This document shows positions 61,717-64,000 of a stretch of 64,000 bases of DNA, piece by piece (positions within the stretch are counted from its first letter, which is position 1; every line of letters starts with the position of its first letter). The DNA is taken from NCBI GenBank assembly GCA_031271005.1, contig JAISWT010000111.1, positions 3,428 to 67,427 on the forward strand. The letters are read 5' to 3'. A program made the position numbers and the translations under genes. The notes below the pieces were generated by a model that was not told the DNA's origin, did not search any database, and worked only from the letters and a program-made list of their open reading frames with translations. The DNA comes from Prevotellaceae bacterium (GTDB lineage Bacteria > Bacteroidota > Bacteroidia > Bacteroidales > Paludibacteraceae).

Positions 61717-61838
61717 GTTGTTAGTTGTTAGTGATTAGTGGTTAATTGCTAATTGTTAATTCAAAATTCAACGCCTAACTATTTCTAACTATACCTAACT
61801 CTATTCAATTCTCAATTCTCCACTAACAACTAACCACT
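61717..61838. repeat. Mixed-orientation TTAG-type unit cluster (scrambled cassette)
   Basis: gttgttagttgttagtgattagtggttaattgctaattgttaatt ... cctaactatttctaactatacctaactctattcaattctcaattctccactaacaactaaccac. Confidence 0.8.
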
Positions 61839-61839
61839 G

Positions 61840-64000
61840 CTAAATATCGCCTTCGTCCGAGTAGTATTTTTTGCGCTGTTCTATTTCGCGTTTTCTCGAT
61901 TTTGAGAAATAATAATATCCGTAACCGTATGCCCCATATTCGCCGTATTTACCATATTTGCCGTAATAGTTTATTCTGTCAATATCCGCATCGTTGAGTA
62001 CGGAATATATTCTGCTTATTTTGTCGGCTTTCAACTGCATAAGAATACGCTTTGTAAAGATTTTGTTAGTTTTGTTTTGTCGCACAACGAACAGGTTAAT
62101 GTCTGCCACAGTTGTCATCAGCGAATATGCGTCGGCAACGAGTCCTACCGGACTTGTGTCCATGATTATAAAATCGTATCGTTCTCTGAGTATATCAAAC
62201 AGTTCTCTAAGTTTTTCAGAGCGGACTAACTCTCCCGGGTTTGGCGGGATTGTTCCGCCGGGCAATATATCGAAGTCAATTCCTTTTACTTTTGTGATAG
62301 CCTCGTCCAGCGTACAGTCGCCTATCAGATAGTCGGTGATGCCGAATTTTGAGGTCTCCTTAAACTCTCGCAAAATAGAAGGTTTGCGTATGTCCATGTC
62401 AATCATCAGCGTTTTTTTCTTTGTCATGGCGTAAACCGATGCGAGATTGGTTGAGAAGTATGTTTTTCCATCTCCACTTTCGCTTGATGTTACCAATATC
62501 AGTATGTTTTCTTTTCGCTGGAGAATAAATTCTATTCTGGTGCGTATAACTCTGAACATTTCGGTAAATGAAGAGCGCGGATTTTTGGCAGCCAGAACGG
62601 GGTCTGTCCTTTTAGAATGGCGTACAGAGCCGATATTTGGGAAATATGCGAGTTTTTCAAGTTCGTCACTGTTTCTGATTGTGTTGTTGAACAGTTCTTT
62701 TACAATGATTAGAACCAGCGGTATAAGCAATCCTATTGCCAGCCCTGTGCTGGTGTTTCTTGAGCGTTCTCTGCCGTTGGTCATATTCATTTGGCGTGCG
62801 CGGTCTAATATCGTGTCGTCTGCGCTGTTCGAGGCTTTTTGGATAGATGCTTCTGCTCGTTTTTGCAGGAAGTATGTGTAATAACTGTCGTCTACTTTGT
62901 ACTGCCGTTCAAAACTGCGCATCGTCTGTTCTTTTATCGGCAGAGTAGCCAACTGCTGCTGCGCTTCACTCATTTGACGTTGGAGTGTGTTTTTTTGTAT
63001 ATTCAACGCCACTCGCATTGACCTTATTGCTTCGAGGATGCCGCCTTTTGCCACCTGTATCTCGCGAGTGTATTGTGCATAATACGGGTTGTCTATTTTT
63101 ACGGACTTGCGTTTGATAATCAAATCGTTAATGCGGTCGACCGAGGCGGTGAGCAGTGGTTCTGACCACCCGAAACTCGTTGGTGCACTTATCGAATCCT
63201 GTTGAATATTTTTGCTTAAATAGTCGGCAAGAAAGTTCAGGTAAGTTTCGCGTTGAACCAGTTCGTCCAGCGAGGCGCGTGCGGCTGTCATCTTACCCAT
63301 AACATCGGTTGACATTACAGAGGTGCTGACAATTTGGTTCTCCTGTCGGTATCTGTTAAGGTCGTCTTCCGAAGATGATAGCGAACTTTGTATATTGCTC
63401 ATTTGCTCGTCTATGAAGTTTATGGTGCGTGTTGCTACTTCATTTTTTTTGTCTAATCCGTTGTCGATGTAGACTTGACAAAGTTTGTTAATAAAATCAA
63501 CATCGCGTGCCGGCGTAGCACTTGACATGGACATGGACATAATTGACGAGGCATTGGTGAGCATGTTGACGTTCAGACGCCCCGAAAGTTCGCTGACCAG
63601 ACTTGCACGGTCTCTGAAGCGAAAATATATTTCGCGCTTCTTATCGGAATTTATAAAAACATTAATCACAAAGAGATTGTATCGTATCGGCTCGCCGGAT
63701 TTCCCCTTTAAAGCGAACTTTTTTTCGTTTGACTGCTCTTCGGGGGTGATAACAAATGTGCCGTCGCCGTTGAGTGTCAGTTTAAAATATTTTCCGTATG
63801 CTGTCGGTGCAATATAACTGTAACTGATGTCTACGGGGGAAGCGTTATACAAATTGTTGGTTTTAAAACGTCCGCGACTGAAATATTCGACCGTAAAATT
63901 AGGCAAACTGTCAACAACTCGCCCGATAAAGTCGTGTGAACGAATGATATAACTCTGGTTGTCATATTTTTCATAATTTTGCTGCAGCCCAAAGCCGCGC
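61840..64000 (-). CDS. Polysaccharide biosynthesis tyrosine autokinase (Wzc/GumC-like chain-length determinant plus CpsD-type kinase), 5' end outside window
   Basis: The frame stays open to nt 64000 (..RGFGLQQNYEKYDNQSYIIRSHDFIGRVVDSLPNFTVEY..). Walker A SSESGDGKTYFSTNLA, DMDIRKP, Walker B FIIMDTSPVG, and a C-terminal Tyr cluster YYGKYGKYGEYGAYGYGYYY. Confidence 0.88.
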   Translation of the reverse strand, partial: RGFGLQQNYEKYDNQSYIIRSHDFIGRVVDSLPNFTVEYFSRGRFKTNNLYNASPVDISYSYIAPTAYGKYFKLTLNGDGTFVITPEEQSNEKKFALKGKSGEPIRYNLFVINVFINSDKKREIYFRFRDRASLVSELSGRLNVNMLTNASSIMSMSMSSATPARDVDFINKLCQVYIDNGLDKKNEVATRTINFIDEQMSNIQSSLSSSEDDLNRYRQENQIVSTSVMSTDVMGKMTAARASLDELVQRETYLNFLADYLSKNIQQDSISAPTSFGWSEPLLTASVDRINDLIIKRKSVKIDNPYYAQYTREIQVAKGGILEAIRSMRVALNIQKNTLQRQMSEAQQQLATLPIKEQTMRSFERQYKVDDSYYTYFLQKRAEASIQKASNSADDTILDRARQMNMTNGRERSRNTSTGLAIGLLIPLVLIIVKELFNNTIRNSDELEKLAYFPNIGSVRHSKRTDPVLAAKNPRSSFTEMFRVIRTRIEFILQRKENILILVTSSESGDGKTYFSTNLASVYAMTKKKTLMIDMDIRKPSILREFKETSKFGITDYLIGDCTLDEAITKVKGIDFDILPGGTIPPNPGELVRSEKLRELFDILRERYDFIIMDTSPVGLVADAYSLMTTVADINLFVVRQNKTNKIFTKRILMQLKADKISRIYSVLNDADIDRINYYGKYGKYGEYGAYGYGYYYFSKSRKREIEQRKKYYSDEGDI

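Overview
This window looks like chromosomal DNA from a Bacteroidota (Bacteroidales-like) genome. Evidence: SusC/SusD pairs, T9SS C-terminal sorting domains, gldH, type III glutamine synthetase, TAnnTTTG promoter boxes and no Shine-Dalgarno sequences. I call 41 protein genes and one tRNA-Gly(CCC). Most are housekeeping or envelope genes: korB, gldH, PSP1, ampG, a murF-alr fusion, trmB, yidC, greA, HIT, rdgB, apbE, exbB-exbD-exbD-tonB and tsaC. There is also a small pectin utilisation locus (SusC, SusD, DUF4957-like, GH28, plus a T9SS-secreted CE8 esterase) and part of a polysaccharide export locus (flippase, priming transferase, Wzc-type kinase). I saw no rRNA, CRISPR array, transposase, integrase or phage genes. 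The unusual content is non-coding and accessory. (1) Nearly every intergenic spacer holds tandem 7-10 bp units. These assemble into a recurring ordered composite cassette of about 230-310 bp with stop codons in all six frames. (2) A 1.4 kb spacer after yidC is packed with REP-like GTAG...CTAC hairpins, a perfect 41-bp inverted REP pair and a 9 x 21 bp iteron-like array. (3) An 8.8 kb minus-strand block carries two large paralogous secreted proteins and two small paralogous membrane-anchored proteins of unknown function. (4) Near-identical 90-bp inverted repeats abut the start codons of rdgB and a DUF234-type ATPase gene, which is also flanked by 53-bp hairpin repeats. All functional readings of these elements are inference from sequence only.
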